Source: a virus (lineage: Duplodnaviria; Heunggongvirae; Uroviricota; Caudoviricetes). Taken from it: a stretch of DNA of 44,920 bases. Location of the stretch: positions 66,916 through 111,835 of the IMG/VR virus record IMGVR_UViG_3300022173_000112; one strand, 5' to 3'. Below are positions 14,488-24,992 of this stretch, in pieces; position 1 is the stretch's first letter; the number at the start of each line of letters is the position of its first letter. Below the pieces are notes generated by a model. The model was not told the origin of the DNA and did not search any database. It saw only the letters and a program-made list of their open reading frames with translations. The position numbers and the translations under genes were made by a program.

Positions 14488-14760
14488 TCATATCTCCCTT
14501 TTGGTACATGTTTGACAGAAGGCTGGACCCACCGGCAACCCAAGTAGAGAACACTGGTCTACTAATCGGGAACCAAGTGGGCATTTAACACGGACCCCGA
14601 TCGTTCGAAACCTACAGGGTTTGTAGGTCTGAACGAATCGGTAAGCGTCCGTTGGATCGCGAACATAGTTCGCTGGTGGTTCCCACGCTGGGGGAGGTCC
14701 ACGCATCGGGAATGTAATACTCCCGTCACCTTGCAATTTTGCTCCCGGTGGCAGATTCAT
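14488..14760 (-). CDS. hypothetical Pro/Cys-rich protein
   Basis: 90 aa, coupled to its neighbours; C-terminal Cys cluster (CRF, KCP, QCS, FCQTC). Confidence 0.6.
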   Translation of the reverse strand: MNLPPGAKLQGDGSITFPMRGPPPAWEPPANYVRDPTDAYRFVQTYKPCRFRTIGVRVKCPLGSRLVDQCSLLGLPVGPAFCQTCTKREI

Positions 14761-15698
14761 TAGCCTACTCCTGGTCCAGTTGGGTTGAAAGGATCAGAGA
14801 TTGGGTAGTTACAATACTGGTAACTATTGGGCTTCGGAATCGCATACGGGTCAAGAGTCGTTCCAGCGTGCCAACCTTCAATATCGTGCCAACCAGTATC
14901 CCAGCCAACTGCTTCAACCGTTGCACCTACCCCTTGGACAACACCAAGGGGATTATTGTAGTACACTGATACAATACCATCAGAAAAATTCAAATGGTGT
15001 GTAGACCAGTGTGGACAATCGATGAAAAGATTGCGTTCATACGGCGGACCCAACATTGCGTAGTAGGTCACACCTTGACTAAAAGTTGTATCAGACAACT
15101 TGTAGTGAACGTAGCTTTCAATCAACCCATCCTTGCTATCCCACACGAAAGGGTTGATACTTGGGTTTGGATAGCCTTGTGCATCGTGAGCCGCTAGGTA
15201 CACTTTGCATGTTGCCGATCCAGCACTGTAGCCAAGACCCTGCATGAACTCTGTAGCAGGTGCTTCGTTTGAAGAAAAAGTTTCCTCAAATGGCATCTTC
15301 GCATCTCGCTGCCAATTCCTGATGTACACTTTCGGTTCCGCACCAGCACCATTGTTACCAATGGTGTGGGCAAAACCAATTGTGATTCGCAGTCGGATAC
15401 TGTCCTGACCGTTGACCCAAGGACATTTATTGAGTCGCAATTTCCTTCGCAGAATCGTTCCTTTCTTACCGTACTTCTCGGTTGCCGAATCAACACAGAT
15501 TCCAGTACCACCTTCAAAGCCCATGACGGTAGCAACATTCTTGCCAACCATCGGGCGGCTCGACATAGGAGACAGCCCGTATGGTTGCAAGTTGTTGGAA
15601 TCGGAATCCATATCCGTCAGCCTGAGAACTTTCGTCAACATACCAGCGGTAAGTTGCTTGCCGTCCCAGGTTACTTCGTCACCATATGTTAGAGCCAT
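14760..15698 (-). CDS. hypothetical tail-associated protein
   Basis: 312 aa, overlaps the hub gene end; Gly/aromatic-rich. Confidence 0.6.
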   Translation of the reverse strand: MALTYGDEVTWDGKQLTAGMLTKVLRLTDMDSDSNNLQPYGLSPMSSRPMVGKNVATVMGFEGGTGICVDSATEKYGKKGTILRRKLRLNKCPWVNGQDSIRLRITIGFAHTIGNNGAGAEPKVYIRNWQRDAKMPFEETFSSNEAPATEFMQGLGYSAGSATCKVYLAAHDAQGYPNPSINPFVWDSKDGLIESYVHYKLSDTTFSQGVTYYAMLGPPYERNLFIDCPHWSTHHLNFSDGIVSVYYNNPLGVVQGVGATVEAVGWDTGWHDIEGWHAGTTLDPYAIPKPNSYQYCNYPISDPFNPTGPGVG

Positions 15699-18600
15699 AC
15701 GGGCACCTGCATAGTGTATTCACCGGCCGGACCCTTGGACACTAAAGCCCAAGTTCCCGAAGGAATGTTATCGTTAGCAATCTGCAATTGCTTAACGCTA
15801 ACAGCAGTCGGCGGGTTATTCAAACCACTCTTGTAGATGTTGACGTTGTAAGTACCACCGCTACCACCTGTCACGACACCCGGATAAGTAGAAGTACCAC
15901 CTGTTGGCAGGAAGTACCGCTTAGTCGTTTGCTTCGTGCCAGTGCTGGTACGTGTCCGTGTAGTACCATTCGGATTCGTAGTTGTTGTCGTGGTAGTCGT
16001 TTTGTCAGACCATGTTACTGGCTGAATCATGACCCACATACCAGCTTCATGCGTGACAGGGTTGGCCTGATCGTAAGAAGCATCGGTAGCTTTCGCAACT
16101 ACGCTTGGTTTGTCAGTACCTCTCGGATACGAATCCAAAAGGTATTCAGGCAAACCTTTATTGGAAACCCGTCGAATCTTAGCAGGAATGGCCGAAGTAT
16201 TAACCGCTTGTGGGTTCGTACTCAAGTCATAATCCTGATTGATTCCTGGGTACAAGTCCGGTTTCTCATCTTCCAGTTCACCGATGTTGTTTTCCACTTG
16301 AGGCGAAACAACAGGGTTCAATTCTTCGGCACCAGGATTCGGGCTGCCATCGTGTGGACGATCGCGGCCATCATCGAATTCCATCGGCTCAGAAGCAGGA
16401 TTGCTACCGCCGCTGACAATGTCACCGCCAGCAGTCTCTCCAACATTCTGGCTACCCACTTCATCAGTGATGTGCGGGTAGAAGAAGAACCTGTCAGGGT
16501 TTGCACCTGGATACTTGTGCATCTCTCCGATTCGCACAGGCACCCAAACAGTGAAGTCGATTTCCATCGCATCACTGTCCAAGCTCGCACTTTGCACAAC
16601 ACCGACCACTGGCTCATCGGACACAGACCTTAGATCGACCGTGATCGAATCGAAAGTCTCAAGTTTGAGTTTGTGCAACGGCGTCTTGAACTTGACCAAC
16701 TTCCATGTGTTGGCCTTTCGGATAATCCAAAACGTCGCACTCAAATCAACCAGTCGCGTACTTGTGTACGCATAGTAGTTGTATGTTTGTTCGTGGCAAC
16801 CATACTTTGCCATATTAGCACGGAGAAGGATTTTATCATCCTTTGTACCAATGTCGGAAGCTGCGAACCCTGTCGGTGGTCCGTAGTATATCTTGTAAGT
16901 CGCGACGAACTTTGTCACCAGTTCCTCGGTTGACGTATGATGAATCTCAAGAGACTTCTCTTCGATATCATCCAACGTAATCGAGTCCACTGGTGCACCT
17001 TCCGGCACCAAGTACAACAGGTAGAAAACATCCTCTTTCAACCAGATTGCACAACGTGCTTGGAAAGCAATTTCCTTCAACGCGTCAAACAGATTCTTCC
17101 GATCGAACAAACAGAAGTGCATAGGGAATGCACCCAGTTGTGCCCGAACAGTGTTGAAACTGGTCGTGTCGCAATCGAACGGTGGTGCAGGATAAGGCAC
17201 ACCGCTATAGGTGTGAACCAGATACTGCAAGATGTCGGCCGTATTAGGACCGACAGGCGAAATAAGATCGACGTAAATTTGATCTTCCCACCCGCTTGAA
17301 AAGCTGGAGTCTCGATTCAAATTGAAGTACGACTTCTTATTTTCGTCCCGTAGATGCTGACCGTTCGTTGACGATGTTGTTGTCCTAACAATGCCAGTTC
17401 CAGTTTCAGCAGTTACCAACTCAATATCGTTGATGTAACTCAACGGCTGCTTGAGTGTAATCATCGTTGCGGTGATTCCTGGCCCACCATCTGCTGCACT
17501 GAAATTCTGGTAACTGACTGAGTAGTAGTTAGCCGGAACCGCAGTCATCAATTTGGTGCCGTCGTAATCGCGGATGGCATACACACCCAAAACTGCACAA
17601 GGCAGCATTGCTGCTACCCAACGCATTGGAAGGTCGCTCACCCACTTGATACGAGTACCAGCCTTGACGAAGATAAAGCCGGGATTACTATCCACGATGA
17701 TTTTGTCAGCAGCCTTCTTCGTGATGTCGATTTCAGTGACCATGCCCATGTCGGCATTGATGTCGTTGGGAAACCCAAATTCATTCGAGCCAGACAAGTC
17801 CGAGCTTGTGTACTTCTCGACAGTTGATTCACCAACTTCAAGGTGTGTCAGGAATGGTTTCTTAGGCGTCACCGAAGTGATGTGTAAGATACTATCCCCA
17901 CGCGGACTGGCTGGTAATGCCGAGATGACCCCGGTGACAATCAGTTCACCAATTTCAAATGTCGCTGGCACTCCCATTGGGAATGTCTGACCATTGAACA
18001 GGATCACGTAGTCCTTCTCGAATTTCTTCTGGGCTGTGATCTGCTGATTAATCGCAGATACACCATCCAACATTCGCTGACCTTCATTGAGCAGCTTGGT
18101 CGCACTATCCATCATGCCTTGACCCTGTTGAAAATCAGGATCATCGGGATTCTCTTCGAACGGTCCTACGTCTTCGCCGCGGCCAGCAGAGTTTGTTTGC
18201 AGTAGGCTTCCAGCCGTATACAATGCCTGGGCATAAGCGTCCGAGAACTGCTTGGCCATGTACAAGTTCTGAATGTCAGCTTCGAGTTTCGGATCGTGCA
18301 ATCCGATGCTATCCATCAAGGTTGCATTGCCGACCAAATCGAGACTGACTGATGGAACCTTAAGCACGGTTCCAAAAGGCATGGGCCATGCCTTTCCAAT
18401 CATGTTGTCATTGAGCATCGGGAAGTCGCCTTCTTCTGGCGAGAATCCGATTTCTGCGTCTTCCAGTTTGCTCACAATATCGAAGGACATTGTTCGATTA
18501 ACTTCAACCCAAACAATGGGCGAGTTAATCACGCCTTCAAAGATCACGAACTTATCATTGAAGTTAAGTTGCGTGAACCACTGGTAGATCATGACCTTTT

Positions 18601-18892
18601 TCTTGTGGATGTCGCGTGTGTTATAAATCGTTTTGATCGAACCATCCGTATCACTCAACGTGATCGAAACGGATTGCGAATTCGATGCATTCGAGATATT
18701 CACAACGTCATCAAGGTTGGCCAGCTTGAGAATCTTACCTTGCAACTGTGGTACGTTTTGATGCGCACCACGGTCGCAATAGTATTGGGGTGGACGATTC
18801 TCGCCATCCCAGAAGATTGCTACAACGCACAGTGGTTCCCCACCGAGCTTTGTAGTAAGCTGCGTCATTGCCGCTGCTGAAATATTTTTCAT
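15689..18892 (-). CDS. tail hub / tail tip (baseplate hub-like) protein
   Basis: 1067 aa downstream of tape measure and Dit-like genes; hub-like segments KAWPMPFGTV, PNTADILQYLV, LKEIAFQARCAIW, KLETFDSITV. Confidence 0.7.
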   Translation of the reverse strand: MKNISAAAMTQLTTKLGGEPLCVVAIFWDGENRPPQYYCDRGAHQNVPQLQGKILKLANLDDVVNISNASNSQSVSITLSDTDGSIKTIYNTRDIHKKKVMIYQWFTQLNFNDKFVIFEGVINSPIVWVEVNRTMSFDIVSKLEDAEIGFSPEEGDFPMLNDNMIGKAWPMPFGTVLKVPSVSLDLVGNATLMDSIGLHDPKLEADIQNLYMAKQFSDAYAQALYTAGSLLQTNSAGRGEDVGPFEENPDDPDFQQGQGMMDSATKLLNEGQRMLDGVSAINQQITAQKKFEKDYVILFNGQTFPMGVPATFEIGELIVTGVISALPASPRGDSILHITSVTPKKPFLTHLEVGESTVEKYTSSDLSGSNEFGFPNDINADMGMVTEIDITKKAADKIIVDSNPGFIFVKAGTRIKWVSDLPMRWVAAMLPCAVLGVYAIRDYDGTKLMTAVPANYYSVSYQNFSAADGGPGITATMITLKQPLSYINDIELVTAETGTGIVRTTTSSTNGQHLRDENKKSYFNLNRDSSFSSGWEDQIYVDLISPVGPNTADILQYLVHTYSGVPYPAPPFDCDTTSFNTVRAQLGAFPMHFCLFDRKNLFDALKEIAFQARCAIWLKEDVFYLLYLVPEGAPVDSITLDDIEEKSLEIHHTSTEELVTKFVATYKIYYGPPTGFAASDIGTKDDKILLRANMAKYGCHEQTYNYYAYTSTRLVDLSATFWIIRKANTWKLVKFKTPLHKLKLETFDSITVDLRSVSDEPVVGVVQSASLDSDAMEIDFTVWVPVRIGEMHKYPGANPDRFFFYPHITDEVGSQNVGETAGGDIVSGGSNPASEPMEFDDGRDRPHDGSPNPGAEELNPVVSPQVENNIGELEDEKPDLYPGINQDYDLSTNPQAVNTSAIPAKIRRVSNKGLPEYLLDSYPRGTDKPSVVAKATDASYDQANPVTHEAGMWVMIQPVTWSDKTTTTTTTTNPNGTTRTRTSTGTKQTTKRYFLPTGGTSTYPGVVTGGSGGTYNVNIYKSGLNNPPTAVSVKQLQIANDNIPSGTWALVSKGPAGEYTMQVPVWL

Positions 18893-19809
18893 TGGAGTAC
18901 CTGAAAGTCAAACTCAACGTCGTAAGAGCCGCAGTTTTTGTCGTTGGTGCAAACCACCTGTGCATCTGGAGTGAGAATGATTCCATTCCACACAACTCCA
19001 AAATGGTCCGTTAATTGGACACTGAGTCCAATCGTGTCAGCAAAGAATCGAAGCAACTGTTGAGACCTATTCCGAGTCAAGTTGGTGAGCTTGTATTTGA
19101 AAATCTCCGTGATCGACCAAATCGGGTCACGGAAGATAATCGTGTCACCACCGCGTGTTTGATCCTGCACACGCTTTACATTGATGCTATCACTTTCTCC
19201 AATTTCTGGTACTACGAGAGTAACGGTTGTTGCACCGTGCACCAGAACAAGCGGCGTGTAGTTAAGCGAGTCCGACGGAACATTTACAGAAATGTTCGCA
19301 GACGGAAGCGGCACTGGAATGTTAAACGTCTTGACAGCGTCTTTCTTAAAGAAAGAAACGCTTTGTGTAATCGTCAAAGACGAAGCTGGCGTGGACGGAC
19401 TGTACGTCCCGGTAACAACCACAGCGTGAGCCACGACCAATGTGCTTTGCAAGGCACGAGTCGGGACAACACTTTGAGTAATCGCCAAGCCTTGGTAAAT
19501 CTGTTGAGGATTTACATTGGCCGCTTGTTGACTGATTACCAGTGCATTCGCACCTTCGATGTAGTAAGTCGGACTCATGACTTGAGTCAGACTCAAAATA
19601 CTGTCTACAGCGATGTTCAGAATCTTCCCAACAGCAACTGTTTGGTTGACGTTGAAAGGTTGATTCGCACTGGCGTTCTGACTCGAACAATGTACCGACT
19701 GAGTCAGGTACAAAGGTTGTTCAACTATTTGACCAATGATTCCATCTGGCCCTTGGTCGCCTTGCGTGATGGGCAAGAACTGGGCGACGCTGATATTGAT
19801 GATCGCCAT
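18889..19809 (-). CDS. distal-tail (Dit)-like protein with N-terminal beta repeats
   Basis: About 7 xxxQxLxITQSV repeats plus a C-domain (VPEIGESDSINVKR...VWNGIILTP...YDVEFDFQ) homologous to the C-terminus of 28988-30808; position before the hub. Confidence 0.55.
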   Translation of the reverse strand: MAIINISVAQFLPITQGDQGPDGIIGQIVEQPLYLTQSVHCSSQNASANQPFNVNQTVAVGKILNIAVDSILSLTQVMSPTYYIEGANALVISQQAANVNPQQIYQGLAITQSVVPTRALQSTLVVAHAVVVTGTYSPSTPASSLTITQSVSFFKKDAVKTFNIPVPLPSANISVNVPSDSLNYTPLVLVHGATTVTLVVPEIGESDSINVKRVQDQTRGGDTIIFRDPIWSITEIFKYKLTNLTRNRSQQLLRFFADTIGLSVQLTDHFGVVWNGIILTPDAQVVCTNDKNCGSYDVEFDFQVLQ

Positions 19810-19831
19810 TAGTCAAGCTCCTATTGAAAAG

Positions 19832-19916
19832 CGGAAGGAGAAGGATTCGAACCCTCAACTGCCTTACGGCAGTTACGGCTTAGCAAGCCGCTGCAATACC
19901 ATTCTGCCATCCCTCC
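19832..19916 (-). tRNA. trnS: tRNA-Ser(GCT)
   Basis: Reverse complement GGAGGGA/TCCTTCC, GCGGC-TT GCT AA-GCCGT, variable arm ACTGCC-GTAA-GGCAGT, G73. Confidence 0.93.
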
Positions 19917-19922
19917 GAAAAT

Positions 19923-19946
19923 AGGGACCGGGTTTCCCCGGTCCCT
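19923..19946 (-). terminator. GC-rich hairpin, possible terminator or processing site
   Basis: 10-bp stem agggaccggg/cccggtccct with a GAAA loop on the minus strand; short T-run ATTTT. Confidence 0.55.
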
Positions 19947-19953
19947 GTTCGAT

Positions 19954-20526
19954 TTACGCCGATGTCGTGTAGGTGATATTCAGTTGGTCACCGCTCGACA
20001 CTGGGACGGGAGACGCGAAAGGTGCCGTCGCCCACAATTTTCCGGTCGTGCCGCTCTTGGCACTTCCGCTCGTCACGAAGATTCCGTAGACCGTTCCACC
20101 ACCACCATTGATGTTGAACACGCAGGCGGAAGCATTCGTCACCGTTCGAACACCAGCACTAGCCGTACCGCTGGTCCAGCTTACACGCGTCGATTGCGAG
20201 TAGGCGATGAACTCGGTCCAACCACCGTGGCTGTTCATCAGGTCAGCGTTGTCAACGGCCGGCGAACCAGCGTTGTCGATGAACCCGATGTACCACGCGT
20301 TCTGTGCGATTTGCGTTGCACTGTTGAACATCACGTTGAACAGGGTATTCACCCCTTCGTTCGTGATGTTGTTCAACGTGTGGTGAACTCCAATGAGTTC
20401 ACCTTTACGATAGTGTTCCATCTTGACGGGGTTGCGGAATTTCAGCATCTGCACAAGGCTTCGATTACGTTCCGCGACGAAATCGATTTGGTCCTTGACA
20501 GAAAAAGCTCGAACGTCGTTATTCAT
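19954..20526 (-). CDS. minor tail/structural protein
   Basis: NNITNEGVNTL...YIGFID...FAxPVPVSSGDQLNITYT; related to 38318-39172 (NLLTNIGRDWL...GDTLTVT). Confidence 0.65.
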   Translation of the reverse strand: MNNDVRAFSVKDQIDFVAERNRSLVQMLKFRNPVKMEHYRKGELIGVHHTLNNITNEGVNTLFNVMFNSATQIAQNAWYIGFIDNAGSPAVDNADLMNSHGGWTEFIAYSQSTRVSWTSGTASAGVRTVTNASACVFNINGGGGTVYGIFVTSGSAKSGTTGKLWATAPFASPVPVSSGDQLNITYTTSA

Positions 20527-20540
20527 CTTGGTCTCCAGGG

Positions 20541-23500
20541 TTAAGCATTACCACGCCGTTGTTCGCGACGTATGATTTTCATGACTGCACGAGCAGTCTG
20601 TTCAGGACTGTCAGAACCGCTAACATTGAAGGTCATGTTACCGATGCTGCTATTCGTCACGGTTCCACCATGAGCATAACCACCACCGCGTGGTGAGTCA
20701 CCACGATTCATGCGAACAAGTGTCGCATAAAACTTCTGTGTCGATTCCGGGTTCATAACGAATTCGCCGCGTCGTGCACGAATCATTACGTTGTCCGGTC
20801 CGAAATTGGAAAACATGTTTCCAATCAAACCACCTTCTGCATACCCTTGCGGGTTTACCATATTTCCATTGATGATAACAGGTGGCGGAGCCGGTGGCGG
20901 AATCACTAACGGTGGAGGGATGTTGATGATTACCGGTGTCGGTCCATTCTGAATAACTGGCAACGGTATAGCACCTTGAACCGGTGGTCCTACTGGTGCT
21001 TGTACTGGCCCATTCTGAATGACCGGTGCGGCCGGTGTTGCTGGTGCTGCTGGTGCTGCTGGTGCTGCCCCTGGTCCCCCAAGGATTCCAGGTGGCACAA
21101 GTCCAGCAATACCTTGCAACCCTGTTCTGATTCTTTCGCCCAGGGTTCTCAACGCTTCCGGCGCTTGGTCTACAGCACGCTGTACAACATCCATTCCTTG
21201 CCGCCCAACACCAACCAATGTCTCACCAGCACGCCGAGTTCTCTCAGCTTGGACTCGTGCATTAGCTTCGGCAATCGTTGCCTCAGCCCTGGTTCGAGCT
21301 TCGGTCACTTCCGTGAGGCGATTCATCGCAACACGAAGTGCCTCAGCACCCGCCGGTGTGTTTATCAAACCGTCAGCCCGTGGCGTGGTTGGTGTAAGAC
21401 CACGACCAATTTGCAATCGGTGGAACAATTCGGCAACTGCTCTCGTTGCCTCTTGTGCCGCTGCAATATCTGCCGGTCTGCCAGAAGTAACAGCTTGAGT
21501 GTTCAAGCGTTCTGCTTCTGTAATGGCAACGTGCAAATCTCTTGCACGCTGAGTACTCAAAGCATCCGCACCTTCTGCGACAAGTTGTCTTGCACCGCCA
21601 AAGGTTCTCGGATCAGGTACAGCCCCTCGAATCTCACCCAGTGTGACCTGAGCAGCCCGCAGAGCATCAATCTGCTGTTGCCTTGCAGCAGTAGCATCAG
21701 CCGTTGCCTTGTCCGTATTCCTTGCGATCTCAGCCAACAGACCGATTTGCTCACGTTGGTTAGCTTCACTGACTCGCCTTGCCTCAGCATTCTGAAACAA
21801 AGCTTGCGTTGCAAGTCGTTGAGACTCCAACTGGAGAGTCAGAGCTTGAACTTCTTGCGGAGTCGGTGCACGCCTACGAGCTTGTTCAGCTTGTTCAGGA
21901 GTGATTGCACCAGTACGCAAAGCGTCAGCAATACCGGCTTCAATCGAAGCTGGCAATGCTTCAACACGAGCAATCTGCTGATCAATAGTTCTATTGATCT
22001 GTGCTGTAGCGTCTCGTCCGCCAGAAGCACCCTGGAAGTTCTCGCGTGGCTTTCCATCCGGGTTAAGCAATTGATTCGGCAGACGAGATACATTACGTTG
22101 ACCTTCTTGAACCAATCGAAGTTGCTCACGCAATTGTCGATTGATACCTTCAAGTACAACTTGTTGTGCAGCCAATCGTCTACGATTCGCTGCCTCGAAT
22201 GCTTCTTCCGCAGCATTGAGTCGTCTCGCCCCTTCTTCCCGTTCACGGTTGAATGGGTTGAAAGTTTGATCCTGCCCAGTAGACCTTGCACGGAACTCGG
22301 CGTTGCGTCGCGAAGAGCCGGCACGAATGTCGTTCTCTTGGTCGTTCAACTGACGAAGTTCGGCAAACTTTCTACGGGCCGATTCAATACTGTTTGCGTC
22401 ACCCTTAGCTTCAAGCTGACGAATCTCTTCCATCAGCCGTTGTCTACGGTCACGAATCAGATTCAACTGGCTAGTCGCACCAGCGTCTTGAGCATTCAGG
22501 AGTTTCGCAGCATTGTCCTGTTGCTGTGGACTTGTGAATCTCGATGTTTGCGAAACATCAGCAAGACTCTTCAACCGATCTTGGAACGATTCCTTGTTCG
22601 TCTTCTCGGCAAATTCCTGAACTCGCTTCAACGATTCCATGATGCGAGATTCAGCTTGTCTTGCGACATTTTCCATCGACTCGATTTGCGAACCGAATGC
22701 ACCGAAGACCGATTTGCTAGACGCTTCGATTTCTTCACCGAGCGTATGAACTCGTTCTCGTTGCAGTTCAGCTTGACGGTTCAGTGCAGCATTGACTGGC
22801 AAGAAAGTATTTGCAATCGCTTGCGTACCTTCTTGCAAAGCTGTTCGAGTAAATTGGCGTTGACCGGCTGCCCAAGTGTTAGTACGTTCCATCGATTCGC
22901 GAGCAGCTTCATTGAACTGCTGCATTGCTTCGCGATTGAGTCTTGTGGCCCGGTTAAGGATACCGAACCATTCAGCAAGTCTCTCAACTTGTTGGGCCAG
23001 AACAACCGCACCAGCAGCAACCAAAGCAATTGGTTCAACCAGTGCTGCAATCAACCGACCAGTGTCAGTGATTACATTTGCCAATCCACCAGCACGATCA
23101 GCCATGCTGAGAATCGTGTTGATGATTCTCGGACCGATTTCGCCGACGAAGACCGTCTTGATTTTCTCAAGTTCGTCATTCCACCGACCTGTCGCATCCA
23201 CAACTCGCAAAGCAGCGTCAGCCGTATTGTTTAATCCTTCAACATTGTCTAAAGGATTACCACCACGCTGTCTTTGTTGGAAGGAATCAGCAACACTCAG
23301 ACCGCCACCAGCACGACGACTCTGAACAGCTTGCCGTGCTTGAATGTTACCTTCATCAATATTGCGATTGATGTACTGGAGTGCCCCGCCCAATCGTTGG
23401 GCTTGAATCAATTGCTGAGGGCTAAAGATTCCATCGCCAGCCATCAAGTCACGCATTCGTTGCGTAGGCCGTTCGATGGAATTCATCACCGCGCCGAGTT

Positions 23501-24458
23501 GAGTCATAACCTCGGCATCAGAGATGCCGGTGGCTTTCAACTCTTCCATCAACAAGGCAACTTCGGAGAAACTAATCCCCAAGCGTTGGGCTTGTGAAGA
23601 TACTCGACCGAGCGATCCAGAAATCGCTTCAACGCCAATACCCGTTTGAGCCAAGTGGATCAATTGGTTACTGACGTGTTGCGATTCCTCAGCCGTCATC
23701 TGGAAGGCACGAGTAACAGCAGTAATAGCTGTTGCCGCTGCTGGTCCAGTAGAACCAGTAACCTCAGCCAAACGAATGGCCGAGTTAGTAATCGCATCGA
23801 TTTGCTCGCTGCCCTGTGCCCCACCTTGGTCAGTAGCAATTCGACCAATAGCAGCCGTGTCTTGCAAAGACCGCCCATAGGCCAAAGAAAGATTCTGGAA
23901 TTTGGCAGACAGTTCATCAGTGCTTACACCAAGGTTCTGGTGCAGAGCAACAATGCGTCCAACCGATTCTTGATATTCGGCAGCGGCCGTAATCGAGCTA
24001 CCCATCGCACCGGCAATGTCGAGGAAGACACGCCGAATGACTGTAACTGTCAACAGCCGGAAGATGCCGTCCCATGCAAAAGTGAAAGCCTTAGCATGTT
24101 CGACACCAGCTTTACCTGTCTTGGCCGAGGCTTGAGTCAGCTTGTCCAGCGAGTCAGCGGCTCGTTGAGTCGCTCCTGCGATTGCATTCAAAGATGCAGC
24201 TTGTTGAGCTTGTGCTGCAATCAAGTCGCGAACAGCTTTTGTCGTAGCCTCGGTCGCTGTCTTTTGGTCAGCCATTGCAGAGTTCATACTCTGCAAGTGT
24301 TTCTCGATATTTGCAGTCGAAGCTGCAAACCCGTTGAACGCTGCCCCGGCAGCTGCCAGGTTCTTGTTCATATCGACGATTGCCGCGCCGATCGCATCTA
24401 CAGATGCAATGAACTGACTGGCATCAAGTGTTACTTGTGTTTGAGCAGGTGTTGCCAT
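20541..24458 (-). CDS. tail tape measure protein
   Basis: 1305 aa, Ala/Gln/Arg-rich helical; TMP core (LAEVTGSTG...AFQMTAEESQHVSNQL); C-terminal GYAEGG...RRGEFVM and GYAHGG motifs. Confidence 0.93.
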   Translation of the reverse strand: MATPAQTQVTLDASQFIASVDAIGAAIVDMNKNLAAAGAAFNGFAASTANIEKHLQSMNSAMADQKTATEATTKAVRDLIAAQAQQAASLNAIAGATQRAADSLDKLTQASAKTGKAGVEHAKAFTFAWDGIFRLLTVTVIRRVFLDIAGAMGSSITAAAEYQESVGRIVALHQNLGVSTDELSAKFQNLSLAYGRSLQDTAAIGRIATDQGGAQGSEQIDAITNSAIRLAEVTGSTGPAAATAITAVTRAFQMTAEESQHVSNQLIHLAQTGIGVEAISGSLGRVSSQAQRLGISFSEVALLMEELKATGISDAEVMTQLGAVMNSIERPTQRMRDLMAGDGIFSPQQLIQAQRLGGALQYINRNIDEGNIQARQAVQSRRAGGGLSVADSFQQRQRGGNPLDNVEGLNNTADAALRVVDATGRWNDELEKIKTVFVGEIGPRIINTILSMADRAGGLANVITDTGRLIAALVEPIALVAAGAVVLAQQVERLAEWFGILNRATRLNREAMQQFNEAARESMERTNTWAAGQRQFTRTALQEGTQAIANTFLPVNAALNRQAELQRERVHTLGEEIEASSKSVFGAFGSQIESMENVARQAESRIMESLKRVQEFAEKTNKESFQDRLKSLADVSQTSRFTSPQQQDNAAKLLNAQDAGATSQLNLIRDRRQRLMEEIRQLEAKGDANSIESARRKFAELRQLNDQENDIRAGSSRRNAEFRARSTGQDQTFNPFNREREEGARRLNAAEEAFEAANRRRLAAQQVVLEGINRQLREQLRLVQEGQRNVSRLPNQLLNPDGKPRENFQGASGGRDATAQINRTIDQQIARVEALPASIEAGIADALRTGAITPEQAEQARRRAPTPQEVQALTLQLESQRLATQALFQNAEARRVSEANQREQIGLLAEIARNTDKATADATAARQQQIDALRAAQVTLGEIRGAVPDPRTFGGARQLVAEGADALSTQRARDLHVAITEAERLNTQAVTSGRPADIAAAQEATRAVAELFHRLQIGRGLTPTTPRADGLINTPAGAEALRVAMNRLTEVTEARTRAEATIAEANARVQAERTRRAGETLVGVGRQGMDVVQRAVDQAPEALRTLGERIRTGLQGIAGLVPPGILGGPGAAPAAPAAPATPAAPVIQNGPVQAPVGPPVQGAIPLPVIQNGPTPVIINIPPPLVIPPPAPPPVIINGNMVNPQGYAEGGLIGNMFSNFGPDNVMIRARRGEFVMNPESTQKFYATLVRMNRGDSPRGGGYAHGGTVTNSSIGNMTFNVSGSDSPEQTARAVMKIIRREQRRGNA

Positions 24459-24991
24459 TAGTTCAACTTCTTTCTAATTAGATATTCCGTTATGGCAGGA
24501 ATCCTTTGAAGACCTGTTCGTTCCAAGTAGTCGATGAACGCGGCGGTCCCGAACTGATAACTCTTCCAATTCAGTCGCTCGTCGTTGATCTCGTAGTATA
24601 GCACAGTGTTGTCATAATTGAATTGCCAAGATTTACCATTGTTGGTAAACACTCGGTTTGCTGGTGTCGAAAACCCACGAGCAGCATCTGGGGTTTTAAG
24701 TACACCTTCGTAGTATTCAATCAGACCATTCACTGGCGAATTTTGTTTGGGCCGTTTGGCCAATTTCTTTTTGAATGCTGCGGGGCTAGAAGCCGCCGCC
24801 ATTCCGATTGCGTCTTGAAGATTGAGGAGCGTCCCGCGTGCAAATCCTGTTCGGACTGGCACGCGGGGTAACGCCGCCTCTACAAACTTTCTGGCCGCAT
24901 TTCGCATCTCAAGTGCGATAGCCTTTTTGAAAGCTTCAGAGAATTCGGCCCGTTTGAACTCGAATCCTGCGATACTGATCTGAACTTTCAT
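24458..24991 (-). CDS. HK97-gp10-like tail/neck component
   Basis: AARKFVEAALPRVPVRTGFARGTL (PVxTG motif). Confidence 0.65.
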   Translation of the reverse strand: MKVQISIAGFEFKRAEFSEAFKKAIALEMRNAARKFVEAALPRVPVRTGFARGTLLNLQDAIGMAAASSPAAFKKKLAKRPKQNSPVNGLIEYYEGVLKTPDAARGFSTPANRVFTNNGKSWQFNYDNTVLYYEINDERLNWKSYQFGTAAFIDYLERTGLQRIPAITEYLIRKKLN

Positions 24992-24992
24992 T

